Of a stretch of 64,000 nucleotides of DNA, positions 37,349-47,345 are shown piece by piece. The notes below the pieces were generated by a model. It was not told the DNA's origin and made no database searches. It saw nothing but the letters and a program-made list of their open reading frames with translations. The translations under genes and the position numbers were made by a program. The stretch is from Calditrichia bacterium (GTDB lineage: Bacteria > Calditrichota > Calditrichia > RBG-13-44-9 > J075). How positions within the stretch are numbered: position 1 is the stretch's first letter; each line of letters starts with the position of its first letter. The stretch spans positions 192,001 through 256,000 of the forward strand of contig JBOEGD010000011.1 of NCBI GenBank assembly GCA_050633245.1, written 5' to 3'.

Positions 37349-39751
37349 ATGTCTGATAATCTCAAGTTCAACTACATACTTCGTGGCGTTGCCGGCATCC
37401 TATTGTCTTCACTGGGACTACTGCTCTTTTATTTCGCTCCGCACAGTAAAGCCATGCGCTTCGATGTTCCTGTAGAGGAACTTGTCGCAAAAGCAGATGC
37501 TGTTTTGAGTAAATCAACTCTTGCTGAATACAACCTCCCACGTCATGTACGTGTCGATCATAATGAAAGCCTTTCTCGCTATGCTCAAGTGCATGATCGC
37601 GACAGCGACAGGCATCAGTATTCGCCAATTCTAATAAGTGTTCTTTACCAGAAAAGCCTGGAAATTGAGTTCGAAGATAGCGGAATTCGAATATCAAGCG
37701 ATACGGATAAAGATGCCAAGCTAAGGCTGACTTACGATGCCAATGGTGTCCTTCGAGGATTCGTTTATCAAAATCCACTTAGTGTCGATTCGTCAAAAGT
37801 GAGCGATGGGGAAGCCCTTGAAATTGCAAACCTCTTTCTACAGCTAAACGGATTCGATTTTCAATTGAATCGGGATCATGAGGAAGTTCGCGATATAAAA
37901 CGCGGCGTGCAGAGCATCAAATACGTTCACGAAATGCCAATTTCTGATGCACTTGTTAGCAAGTATTCCTTAAAGCTAATAGGGAAGAAGGTTGCCAGTT
38001 TTGAGAACAAGGTCTCCATTAGTAATCCTGCGCTAAAAAAAGGTGAGTTGATGGACACTGCCAATACCGGCGTGTTTCTTGTTACACTACTCGTTTGGCT
38101 GTTCTTCTTTGTGGTGATGATGATTCAGTTTTTTCGCCGCATGAAGCACGAAGAAATTGAATTTAGACGAGCATTCTGGGTCGGCTTGCTGTTTGGCCTG
38201 TTTATCTTTCTTGCAATTTATGCCAGCACTGGTTTTGAGTGGGACGGTTTACTAGGAGGTTTCTTTGGTGGTGGCTTCTTTGGTGGATTGGTCATGTTGA
38301 TGTTTGCCGTTTCGGATGCCTATGGCCGCGACCATGATCCCGATAAGATTGCCCTTTCAGATTTATTGCTTCAGGGACATGTCCGGATCCGCGAGACCGG
38401 TTACGCAATTCTTAACGGCCTTTGGATTGCAGGCATTACGTTTCTGGCCGCAGCGCTAGTCGCTTTTATACTCGAACAATTGCAGATTAGTTACTTTGTG
38501 TTTAAGGATGAAGATCAATGGATCTTTGCAGACGGGCTCAATGCATTACAGGCACTTGACGAGTGGCTGCCAAATGCGGCGATGACCACACTCACTGCTC
38601 TTTTGTTTGCACCTCTCTATTTAAGAAACCAGTTGAAGAATTCGAAGGTGCTGACGGCGGTAATAAGTATAGTCTTTGCGCTGCTTGGCCTGCACCTCTT
38701 TCAATACGAGCCAACGTGGATATCTGTTTTAGCGACGCTCCCACTGGCGTGGTATTGGGCAAAACTTGTTTTCAAATACGAGCTGGTTACTCTGTTTGTT
38801 GGGCTGCTAATGACGAGCCTTTACTTCAGTCTTTCTGCCATTCGTTTTGTGCCGGATGGATATTCGAATATCGTCTTTGTCGCTGGAAGTGTTATTGTGG
38901 TGCTCTTGTTTGCAGCCGGTATATTCTTCTCCTTCAGCGATCGCGGCATCAGCGATTATAAACACTACATTCCGCCTTACGTTAGTATGATGGCCGAAAA
39001 GCAGCGCATTTTTAACGAGCTTGAAGTTGCGCGAAATATACAGTCGCGCTTTTTACCGCAGGAAAATCCCAGCGTGCCCGGTCTTGATATTGCCAGTATT
39101 TGTCGTCCCGCGATGGAAGTGGGGGGAGACTACTACGATTTTGTGCATGTCAATAATGATCTTCACGTGATCGTAGGCGACGTGTCGGGTAAAGGCGTGT
39201 CGGCTGCTTTTTATATGACGATGACAAAGGGAATTGTTAAAACACTTGCCAAGTCTATTCGAAATCCCGCTAAAATGTTGAGCGAGATTAACGAAGTCTT
39301 CTACAAAAACACGCCACGCAATATCTTCATTAGTTTACTCTACGGCGTGTTCGATATGGAAAAACGCGAGTTGTGCTTTGCGCGAGGAGGTCATAACCCG
39401 CTGCTGGTCAGAAAAAAAAGTGACGGTAGTACGCTATTTCTTACGCCCGGTGGACTTGCTATTGGGTTGGATAATGGCGACGTATTTAATGAGGTCATTC
39501 AGGAAGAAAGTATTCCTTTCCTTCCGGGAGATCTGTTTGTCTTCTACACGGATGGTATTTCTGAGTCCATGAACGCGCAGGATGAAGAATTCGGCGATGA
39601 GCGTTTATCAGAAGTGCTGAACAAGTGTGTTGCAGAATCCGCCGCTGAAGCAATGGAAAAGATAAATAGCGCAATTGGGGAGTTTACCGGAGACACCGCA
39701 CAGCACGATGATTTTACCATGGTTATCGTTAAAATTGATGAAAAACTTTAA
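37349..39751 (+). CDS. Multi-TM sensor with a C-terminal PP2C/SpoIIE (RsbU-like) phosphatase
   Basis: Many TM helices, ELEVARNIQ, VGGDYYD, GDVSGKG, YTDG, DDFT. Confidence 0.9.
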   Translation: MSDNLKFNYILRGVAGILLSSLGLLLFYFAPHSKAMRFDVPVEELVAKADAVLSKSTLAEYNLPRHVRVDHNESLSRYAQVHDRDSDRHQYSPILISVLYQKSLEIEFEDSGIRISSDTDKDAKLRLTYDANGVLRGFVYQNPLSVDSSKVSDGEALEIANLFLQLNGFDFQLNRDHEEVRDIKRGVQSIKYVHEMPISDALVSKYSLKLIGKKVASFENKVSISNPALKKGELMDTANTGVFLVTLLVWLFFFVVMMIQFFRRMKHEEIEFRRAFWVGLLFGLFIFLAIYASTGFEWDGLLGGFFGGGFFGGLVMLMFAVSDAYGRDHDPDKIALSDLLLQGHVRIRETGYAILNGLWIAGITFLAAALVAFILEQLQISYFVFKDEDQWIFADGLNALQALDEWLPNAAMTTLTALLFAPLYLRNQLKNSKVLTAVISIVFALLGLHLFQYEPTWISVLATLPLAWYWAKLVFKYELVTLFVGLLMTSLYFSLSAIRFVPDGYSNIVFVAGSVIVVLLFAAGIFFSFSDRGISDYKHYIPPYVSMMAEKQRIFNELEVARNIQSRFLPQENPSVPGLDIASICRPAMEVGGDYYDFVHVNNDLHVIVGDVSGKGVSAAFYMTMTKGIVKTLAKSIRNPAKMLSEINEVFYKNTPRNIFISLLYGVFDMEKRELCFARGGHNPLLVRKKSDGSTLFLTPGGLAIGLDNGDVFNEVIQEESIPFLPGDLFVFYTDGISESMNAQDEEFGDERLSEVLNKCVAESAAEAMEKINSAIGEFTGDTAQHDDFTMVIVKIDEKL

Positions 39752-39878
39752 GGTCAAAGGTCAATAATTCCCGACGTGTCGGGACTTCCGCTTCGCTACA
39801 GCTGAGTTGAAAGTTCTGAGTTAAAAGTTTACTGCTCAATAAGCAATTATCACTAATCAATTATCATTCATCAATCAT

Positions 39879-41000
39879 ATGATCTATCTCGATTACAATG
39901 CCACAACACCAATTGACCCACGAGTTGCTGAGGCGATGCGTCCATTTTTGGACTCTCATTTTGGCAATCCATCGAGTGGGCACGCCCTGGGAAAGCAGGC
40001 CAGAGCGGCTGTGGACAATGCGCGTGAGCAGGTAGCAGCCTGTATTGGTGCAAAGCCGGAGGAAATCTATTTTACCGGTGGTGGCAGTGAGTCAAATAAT
40101 CTTGCACTTAAAGGTTCTATTGCAGCATCTGAATATACTAAGCCTCATTTAATAACGTCTGTCTTTGAACATCCCGCGATTAGCGAGGTGTGCGATTATC
40201 TCGAAACGAAAAACGATGTCGACGTTACCCGTGTTGAGGTAGATAAGCATGGAATCGTTGATATAGTTCAGATTGAGCAGGCAATTACGGCAAATACTGT
40301 AGTGATAAGCGTTATGCATGCGAACAATGAAATTGGCTCTGTGCAACCAATTGACGATATTGCAAAGATTGCAAGAGAATGCGATGTCCTGCTGCACAGC
40401 GATGCTGCACAGTCTATCGGAAAAATTGAAGTTGATGTCAACAAACTGGATGTAGACATGTTAACGATTGCCGGGCATAAATTGTATACACACAAGGGTA
40501 TCGGTGCACTGTATGTCCGCACAGGCGTTACGTTGGAAAAACAAATACACGGTGCTTCACACGAGCGAAATCTGCGTGCGGGAACCGAAAATGTGCTGCA
40601 GATTGTTGGGCTGGGAAAAGCGTGCGAGCTGATTCGTCTGGGACAGAATGAAGAGGAGCAGCGTCTTGGAATACTGCGTGATACGCTCTGGCGATTGCTA
40701 AAGCAAAACATTGATGGAATAAAGCGCAATGGGCATCCGGAAGACATCTTGCCGAATACATTGAGTATTATTTTGCCCGGTATAACAGCAGAATCCATGT
40801 TTGCAATGTTGCCGAATATTGCTGCCTCAGCAGGCGCGGCCTGCCATAGCGGCGAAACGGCAATGTCCGATACGCTGAAGGCCATCGGCTTAACTCCCGA
40901 TGAAGCAAGTGGAACCGTGCGTTTTTCGATTGGACGGATGACAACAGAAGACGAGGTGAGTCAAGCAGCTTCAGAAATCATCAAGGCATGGGAAAGATAA
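39879..41000 (+). CDS. Cysteine desulfurase (IscS/NifS group I)
   Basis: YLDYNATTP, GNPSS, ANNEIG, DAAQ, GHK, SAGAACHS. Confidence 0.93.
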   Translation: MIYLDYNATTPIDPRVAEAMRPFLDSHFGNPSSGHALGKQARAAVDNAREQVAACIGAKPEEIYFTGGGSESNNLALKGSIAASEYTKPHLITSVFEHPAISEVCDYLETKNDVDVTRVEVDKHGIVDIVQIEQAITANTVVISVMHANNEIGSVQPIDDIAKIARECDVLLHSDAAQSIGKIEVDVNKLDVDMLTIAGHKLYTHKGIGALYVRTGVTLEKQIHGASHERNLRAGTENVLQIVGLGKACELIRLGQNEEEQRLGILRDTLWRLLKQNIDGIKRNGHPEDILPNTLSIILPGITAESMFAMLPNIAASAGAACHSGETAMSDTLKAIGLTPDEASGTVRFSIGRMTTEDEVSQAASEIIKAWER

Positions 41001-41007
41001 AAACATT

Positions 41008-41679
41008 ATGATTGAAGCTGTAATATTTGATATGGATGGATTGCTAATCGATTCGGAGCCGTTTTGGCAAGATGCCGAGATGAAGGTGTTTAGCGACATT
41101 GGCTTTCAGTTGACGCGTGAGATGTGTAAAGAAACCACCGGACTACGCATTGATGAGGTCGTTGCGCACTATCATCGACAGCAAAGGTGGGATCTCGGTC
41201 GCTGGTCTTTGGCAAGCGTATCGAATGCCATTGTCGATGAAGTTATTGCTGCGGTGAACAATGAGGGACAGCCTTTGCCCGGTGTGCAGCAGGCGATTGA
41301 AATGTGTGTACAGCAGAATAAGCCATTGGCACTGGCGTCTTCCTCAAACTTAAGATTGATTGAAGCCGTGCTGAAGCATTTGAATATTACCGAGTTTTTT
41401 TCTGTTGTTCATTCTGCTGAATTTGAAACCTATGGCAAGCCCCATCCGTCTACCTTTTTAACGACGGCCGAAAAGATGAAAAAACATCCCACGGAGTGTC
41501 TGGTTTTTGAAGATTCTTTAAATGGCGTTATTGCAGCAAAGGCTGCGCGAATGATATGTATTGCAATACCGGAAGCTGAATCACCACATAAAGATAAACT
41601 TTCTGTCGCGGACGTTATTCTTCACTCACTTGAAGAATTCGATGAATCGCTTTGGCAGACATTAAATCAGCACTCTTAA
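41008..41679 (+). CDS. HAD-family sugar phosphatase (HxpB/YniC-like)
   Basis: FDMDGLLIDSEP.W, ASSS, KPHP, FEDS. Confidence 0.88.
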   Translation: MIEAVIFDMDGLLIDSEPFWQDAEMKVFSDIGFQLTREMCKETTGLRIDEVVAHYHRQQRWDLGRWSLASVSNAIVDEVIAAVNNEGQPLPGVQQAIEMCVQQNKPLALASSSNLRLIEAVLKHLNITEFFSVVHSAEFETYGKPHPSTFLTTAEKMKKHPTECLVFEDSLNGVIAAKAARMICIAIPEAESPHKDKLSVADVILHSLEEFDESLWQTLNQHS

Positions 41680-41714
41680 CTCATCAATTATCAATTGTTT
41701 CTTTTGGAGGAGAA

Positions 41715-43604
41715 GTGAAAAAGAGTTCGATACTTTTATCCATGATGTTAATACTGCTGGTTTCAGCATGTGCAGATAAAGCAGCGCAAGTTCCGCCTCT
41801 GCAACAATACAGCATTGACCAGTTCATGAATACCACATCAATATTTGGCAGTTCATTCTCTCCGGATGAATCAAAAATCCTTTTCACAAGTGATGAGTCG
41901 GGCATCTACAATGCCTATACCGTCTCTGTTATGGGAGGTGAAGCAGAACAGGTTACCTTTTCGGATAGCAACTCAATATTTATAACATCTTACTTTCCTG
42001 AGGACGAGCGTTTCCTTTTTCGCAGCGATAAGGGTGGAAATGAAATTTGGCATATCTATCTATATGATAATGGCGATGTGCGTGACCTGACACCGGGAGA
42101 GGAAGCGCGCTCCACTTTTTTTGGTTGGAGTAAGGACAAGAAGAGCTTCTTTTACCAGAGCAATCTGCGCGATGCCCGCTACAACGATTTGTATGAGATG
42201 GAGATTGGATCGCTTGAATCACGCATGATTTTTCAGAATGATGAAGGCTACAATATCTCTGCAATTTCGCACAGCAAGCGACTTTTGGCTTTAAGCAAAA
42301 CAATCACCACGCACAATTCCGACATGTATTTATTCGACCGCGAACGCCTAAGCGTAAAACACCTCTCTCAGCACAAAGGCGATATTAACTATCGCCCGGT
42401 CGGATTTAGTCTCGACAACTCTCTGCTTTATTATCTCACCGATGAAAATAGCGAATTCACTTATCTAAAGAGCTATAGCATCAAAGATGACGTAACGAAA
42501 GCAATCGAGAAAAAAGACTGGGATATTATGTATTCCTACTATTCCAAAAAAGAGAACTACCGAATTAGCGGCATTAATAATGATGCCAGTACCGAGATCA
42601 TTATCACCGATGTGAAGACCGGGGAACCGTTAGCGCTTCCTGAACTTCCCAATGCAGATATCAGGTCGGTGAATATGGCTGAGAGCGAGAGCAAGATGAC
42701 CTTTTACGTCAATGGTTCAGGATCTCCAAGCAATCTGTATATCTACGATCTTAAATCGCGGGAATATCGCAAGTTAACCGACTCCATGAATAAAGATATC
42801 ATTCCAGAGCACTTGGTAGAGTCTACGGTGGTTCGCTATAAATCTTTTGATGGAATGGAAATTCCAGCCGTGCTGTATACGCCGCATCAGGCTACTGATG
42901 GCAAAGTGCCGGCACTTGTTTGGGTTCACGGCGGTCCGGGTGGACAGTCCAGAGTCGGATACAATCCGCTCATTCAGTATTTGGTTAATCATGGCTATGC
43001 GATTTTGGCCGTAAACAACCGCGGCAGTTCTGGCTATGGCCGCACCTTCTACAAGGCGGATGACCTGAACCACGGCCAGGGTGATTTGCAAGACTGTATT
43101 TATGGAAAGAAATATATGATAGAATCCGGCTTGGCTGATGCCGATAAAGTTGGAATTATTGGCGGAAGTTATGGCGGCTATATGGTACTTGCTGCGCTTG
43201 CGTTTCAACCGGAAGCATTTGAGCTCGGCGTCAACATTTTTGGCGTATCCAACTGGCTGCGAACGCTCAAGAGTATTCCACCGTGGTGGGAAGCATTCAG
43301 AGAAGCTCTTTACAAAGAACTCGGTAATCCTGAGACAGATGAAGAATATCTGCGTAGCATTTCGCCGCTATTTCATGCTGATAAGATTCAGCGTCCGCTT
43401 ATGGTTCTGCAAGGGGCCAATGACCCACGAGTGCTGAAAATTGAATCAGATGAAATTGTTGATGCTGTTCGAAAGAACAATGTTCCGGTGGAATATGTGC
43501 TCTTCGATGATGAAGGACATGGTTTCAGCAAGAAAGAGAATAAGATTGAGGCCTACAAAGGGATCCTGGCATTTTTGAACTATCACATGAAAAAAGGTTC
43601 ATAA
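41715..43604 (+). CDS. S9 family peptidase, lipoprotein
   Basis: GTG after GGAGG, lipobox VSAC, HGGP, GGSYGG, DPRV, DEGHG. Confidence 0.93.
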   Translation: MKKSSILLSMMLILLVSACADKAAQVPPLQQYSIDQFMNTTSIFGSSFSPDESKILFTSDESGIYNAYTVSVMGGEAEQVTFSDSNSIFITSYFPEDERFLFRSDKGGNEIWHIYLYDNGDVRDLTPGEEARSTFFGWSKDKKSFFYQSNLRDARYNDLYEMEIGSLESRMIFQNDEGYNISAISHSKRLLALSKTITTHNSDMYLFDRERLSVKHLSQHKGDINYRPVGFSLDNSLLYYLTDENSEFTYLKSYSIKDDVTKAIEKKDWDIMYSYYSKKENYRISGINNDASTEIIITDVKTGEPLALPELPNADIRSVNMAESESKMTFYVNGSGSPSNLYIYDLKSREYRKLTDSMNKDIIPEHLVESTVVRYKSFDGMEIPAVLYTPHQATDGKVPALVWVHGGPGGQSRVGYNPLIQYLVNHGYAILAVNNRGSSGYGRTFYKADDLNHGQGDLQDCIYGKKYMIESGLADADKVGIIGGSYGGYMVLAALAFQPEAFELGVNIFGVSNWLRTLKSIPPWWEAFREALYKELGNPETDEEYLRSISPLFHADKIQRPLMVLQGANDPRVLKIESDEIVDAVRKNNVPVEYVLFDDEGHGFSKKENKIEAYKGILAFLNYHMKKGS

Positions 43605-43626
43605 GAAACTCACCTCAGATAGTTTG

Positions 43627-43659
43627 TCCCGATAGACACATTTCCGTTGTCTATCGGGA
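43627..43659 (+). terminator. Hairpin, probable terminator
   Basis: TCCCGATAGACA...TGTCTATCGGGA followed by a T-rich tract. Confidence 0.7.
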
Positions 43660-43759
43660 TTGATTTTTCCTCCACTTATACTATTTCTGAAAATTATACT
43701 TGACATTTTAGTAAGGATGTTTATATTTCGCACGTCTACTACACTGTAACAGGAGAGGT

Positions 43760-44173
43760 ATGAAAAACAAGCTCGTTAAATTCCCGGCACTTTCACGTGC
43801 TGAATACGATATTCTCAAAGTCCTTTGGAAGCAGGGGCGACAAAGTATTCGTGAAGTTCACGACCGGTTGTCTGCCTCGACCGGCTGGGCTTATACCACA
43901 ACGAAGACTATGATGGATCGCATGGTTGGCAAGTCGCTGCTTAGTCGCGACAACTTTCACGGAGTTTTCTTATATGAAGCAACAATTAATAAACCGACTG
44001 GTTTGGTTCGGTTTGTCGAATTCTTTGCCAATCGGGTATTGGAAACAGACTATGCCGCAGTCGTCTCACTTTTCGCAAAGAACGAATCATTATCTGAAGA
44101 GGAGATACGGGAACTGCGCGGGATGCTCACTGAGCTAGACAGTGAAGCGGTAGACAAGAGGGGAGGGGCTTAA
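43760..44173 (+). CDS. BlaI/MecI/CopY family repressor
   Basis: LSRAEYDILKVLW, WAYTTTKTMMDRMV.K, LSEEEI.EL. Confidence 0.92.
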   Translation: MKNKLVKFPALSRAEYDILKVLWKQGRQSIREVHDRLSASTGWAYTTTKTMMDRMVGKSLLSRDNFHGVFLYEATINKPTGLVRFVEFFANRVLETDYAAVVSLFAKNESLSEEEIRELRGMLTELDSEAVDKRGGA

Positions 44174-44175
44174 TA

Positions 44176-45654
44176 ATGATAATCGAAACAATTCTAACAT
44201 ATTTGGGATGGCAAGCTCTCTATGCAGGAATCGTTGGATGCTTCGTCTGGCCTCTTGTTCAATTTTTCGGAAGACGTTATCCATTATCAGCGGTACTTCT
44301 ATGGTCGCTTGTTTTGCTTCGTCTTGTGGTGCCGGTAGACTTATCCAGCGACTATAGTCTTAGAACATTCGCTGACAGTTTTTTACAGGGAAATGCGGTT
44401 GTCGATGAATCCACGGTCATTCACGAGCCTTATACTCTGGAAAGCGCTTCACTGAGTGACACTTTTGCTGTGCCTGTAAAAAGCTCGAATTCTATACCAG
44501 TGGCTCTTTTCGCACTTTGGCTGGCAGGATTTATAGCCACATTTAGCTTCTTTCAGTGGCTGCGCAGGCGCTATCGCGCTATTGCCTCCGATAGCAAGCC
44601 GGTGCTACAGCCTGACACATTACAGCTGTTACAAACCTGGAAAACGCGCTTGGGAATAATGCGATCGGTTCAATTACGCGTCACCGAAAGCTCGCTTGCA
44701 TTTACCTATGGCATAATTCGTCCGGTTATCATTATACCTCGAGAGTTGTTGACATCTGATACCCAAACGAAGCTGGAATGCGTTATTGCTCATGAAATGC
44801 AGCACATTCGTCACTGGGATGTTTTATGGATGTTTGTGCAGCAGCTGCTTCAGTCTGTGTATTTTTTTCAACCCTTGGTATGGAAGGCAAACGCTGGTAT
44901 TAATCGCTCCCGTGAACGCCTGCGTGATGCTGAGGTATTGCATTCCGGCAAGATTAAGACCCGCGACTATGCTGAAACACTTTTGCTCATGGCAACGGGA
45001 CAGCCTGTTAGCCACAAAGCAGCGGTGCCATTCTTTGCTCTCTATCCGGGGTTTAGTCAGGCACATTCCGAACTCACTCAACGCTTAAAAGAATTAACAT
45101 ATCGAAAGGAACATATTGTGAAAAAGTCTGTTGTTGTTTTTGCTATTATCTTATTTGCTGCTGTCCTGTTACCACTTGCCCCGCAGGTTTCGCATGCTGC
45201 GGCAGCTCCCGCAACATTTGTTAAAGACGCGACGTATTTTGCTCCCATTAAAGAAGGACGAATTACTTCTTCTTTTGGAAAACGCACGAATCCATTTACC
45301 AAGCTACTCCAGGATCATCACGGAGTCGATGTGGGAGCGCCGATCGGAACACCGGTGTTCGCGATAGCTGATGGAGAAGTTATTGCAAGCGAACTGCTGG
45401 AAGGTTATGGGAATCGAATAAAAGTCCTTCATGCAGACGGCCGGGAAAGCTGGTATGCTCAGCTTCATGAACGCAAAGTTGAAGATGGTGCGAAGGTTGT
45501 AAAAGGACAAACCATTGCCACGGTTGGAAGCAGCGGGCGTTCTACCGCACCGCATTTGCACTTTGAACTACGAGTTGAAGGTAAGCCTGTAGACCCCGAA
45601 ATGCATGTGCCGTTCTATCATCTGGAGAAGGGAAAACCTGATGATGATTGTTGA
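44176..45654 (+). CDS. M56 (BlaR1-like) peptidase fused to an M23 peptidase
   Basis: LW.LVLLRLVVP and AHEMQH.RHWD (M56). HHGVD and GRSTAPHLHFE (M23). Confidence 0.92.
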   Translation: MIIETILTYLGWQALYAGIVGCFVWPLVQFFGRRYPLSAVLLWSLVLLRLVVPVDLSSDYSLRTFADSFLQGNAVVDESTVIHEPYTLESASLSDTFAVPVKSSNSIPVALFALWLAGFIATFSFFQWLRRRYRAIASDSKPVLQPDTLQLLQTWKTRLGIMRSVQLRVTESSLAFTYGIIRPVIIIPRELLTSDTQTKLECVIAHEMQHIRHWDVLWMFVQQLLQSVYFFQPLVWKANAGINRSRERLRDAEVLHSGKIKTRDYAETLLLMATGQPVSHKAAVPFFALYPGFSQAHSELTQRLKELTYRKEHIVKKSVVVFAIILFAAVLLPLAPQVSHAAAAPATFVKDATYFAPIKEGRITSSFGKRTNPFTKLLQDHHGVDVGAPIGTPVFAIADGEVIASELLEGYGNRIKVLHADGRESWYAQLHERKVEDGAKVVKGQTIATVGSSGRSTAPHLHFELRVEGKPVDPEMHVPFYHLEKGKPDDDC

Positions 45655-46060
45655 TTTATAGGCAATCGTTCTGATAGCGTTGCTGTATACTGCTGGAATG
45701 CGAGCGATTTAATTCGCATTCCAGCTATGCCACGTTTTTTTAGCAAATCCCAAGTTTTGAAAATAAATGCGAACCTTTTCCTCTCTTTTTAGTATATTGA
45801 TATATAACAGAAAGAAATATTCTTCCCATAGGAAATATTTTTCCGCAAAAAGTGGATACTTCTTTCGGTTCTCAAATTCCCCTGCGCTGTAGCAACACTC
45901 ATAAGTTATTGTTTGTATTGTGGTTCTATTATTGGGACGCAATGTTGGTATTGTTTTTGTAATACCTCTGTTTGCACACTCCCCTTATGGAAACGCGTAC
46001 TGTAATACACATCAATGAATGCAGTGTCCTCCCACTTACTGTATTCTAAAGGGGCGAGGT

Positions 46061-46621
46061 ATGTTTATGAGACGAGAAGAAGGTGGGGAGCGGTTTTTAG
46101 AACTGATTAGTCGCATTCAAAGTGGAGATATGCGAGCCGAGGATGAATTGTTCGAAGCTTTTCAGGTGGTAGAAAGAGTGCAGATGATGATAAACACTCG
46201 AATCCATGCCACAGTTGAAGACAAAAATGATTTAATCGGCGAAGTTTTACAGGCCTTGCTAATCGGTCTGCGCAACGGTCGGTTTCAACCGAACAGAGGT
46301 CCATTCGGTTCGTATTTGTGGGGAATCTCCCGAAATAAGATTCGAGACTATCTGCGTCGCCGAAAGAATCGACAGTTTTCAACCATTTTAGAAGAACCGA
46401 TAGGAAAAATGAAAACGGATGCAAATTTGTTTCAAGTTGAGCAGGACAACACTATCCAGCGCAAGATCAATCGGCTGGAAGACAAATACCGACAGGTTAT
46501 TCTCATGAAATATTTTGAAGAGCTGCCTGTTAAAGAAATTGCTGTTCGGCTAAATCTGATTCCAAAACAGGTGTATAATCGCTTGAATTATTCCATTAAG
46601 CTGTTACGAAATGCATATTGA
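46061..46621 (+). CDS. ECF-type sigma-70 factor
   Basis: Region 2 (DLIGEV...YLWGISRNKIRDYLR) and region 4 (LEDKYRQVILMKYFEELPVKEIA). Confidence 0.88.
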   Translation: MFMRREEGGERFLELISRIQSGDMRAEDELFEAFQVVERVQMMINTRIHATVEDKNDLIGEVLQALLIGLRNGRFQPNRGPFGSYLWGISRNKIRDYLRRRKNRQFSTILEEPIGKMKTDANLFQVEQDNTIQRKINRLEDKYRQVILMKYFEELPVKEIAVRLNLIPKQVYNRLNYSIKLLRNAY

Positions 46622-46655
46622 TACTTAATCCTACGGAGTTAGGATAGAGGTTAAC

Positions 46656-46689
46656 GAAAGAGACCGGCAAACCTTTGTCGGTCTCTTTC
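46656..46689 (+). terminator. Rho-independent terminator
   Basis: GAAAGAGACCGGCAAA...TTTGTCGGTCTCTTTC. Confidence 0.8.
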
Positions 46690-46803
46690 AATTTATACAA
46701 TAGCCCACCGATGAACCTTGATTTATTCCACCCCGAAATCTATATTCTACTACCGATTCTAATGCTCTCAGATGGAGATTAATTTTAGATTAAAGGAGAA
46801 TAT

Positions 46804-47286
46804 ATGGCAATACCCACAAGCAATGCGATTAATGCTCTGCGCGAAACCGCTATCCGGTTAAGCGGGGGAGCCGAATATAAATGGACTCATATGGGAAGCT
46901 GTAACTGTGGGCATCTTGTGCAAACAATAACATCGCTGCCCAAATCAAAAATTCATGCGTACGCTCTTGAAAAAGAAGGTGCCTGGAAAGAGAAATCAAT
47001 AGATTATTGCCCGCAGAGTGGCTATCCAATAGATCATATTATTGGTGCAATACTCGAGCTAGGATTTACTACGGATGATATTCGCCACCTGGAGCGATTG
47101 TCGTCTGCGCGTATTTTGAAACGAATTGGCAAAGAGCATCGCCCGCTTAACTACAAATCAAGAGAACATGTTATTCTGTATCTTAATGCCTGGGCCGATT
47201 TCCTTGAGGAGCAACTTCCACCTGCGGCAGATCCCGTCCTGCAGCAGAATCCGATAGTACCAATTCCTGAAGCCGAGTTGGTTTAA
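46804..47286 (+). CDS. Hypothetical protein with a WxHMGxCNCGH motif
   Basis: AAGGAG RBS and a Cys/His cluster that may bind metal. Confidence 0.75.
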   Translation: MAIPTSNAINALRETAIRLSGGAEYKWTHMGSCNCGHLVQTITSLPKSKIHAYALEKEGAWKEKSIDYCPQSGYPIDHIIGAILELGFTTDDIRHLERLSSARILKRIGKEHRPLNYKSREHVILYLNAWADFLEEQLPPAADPVLQQNPIVPIPEAELV

Positions 47287-47345
47287 TAAGACGTACATTA
47301 AGGCGGCAGAGTGATCTGCCGTTTTTATTCCCGAAAGGAACTGTT

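Noticed and set aside
45870-45895. CCCCTGCGCTGT resembling part of a cobalamin riboswitch
   Set aside because: The other conserved elements and helices were not found.
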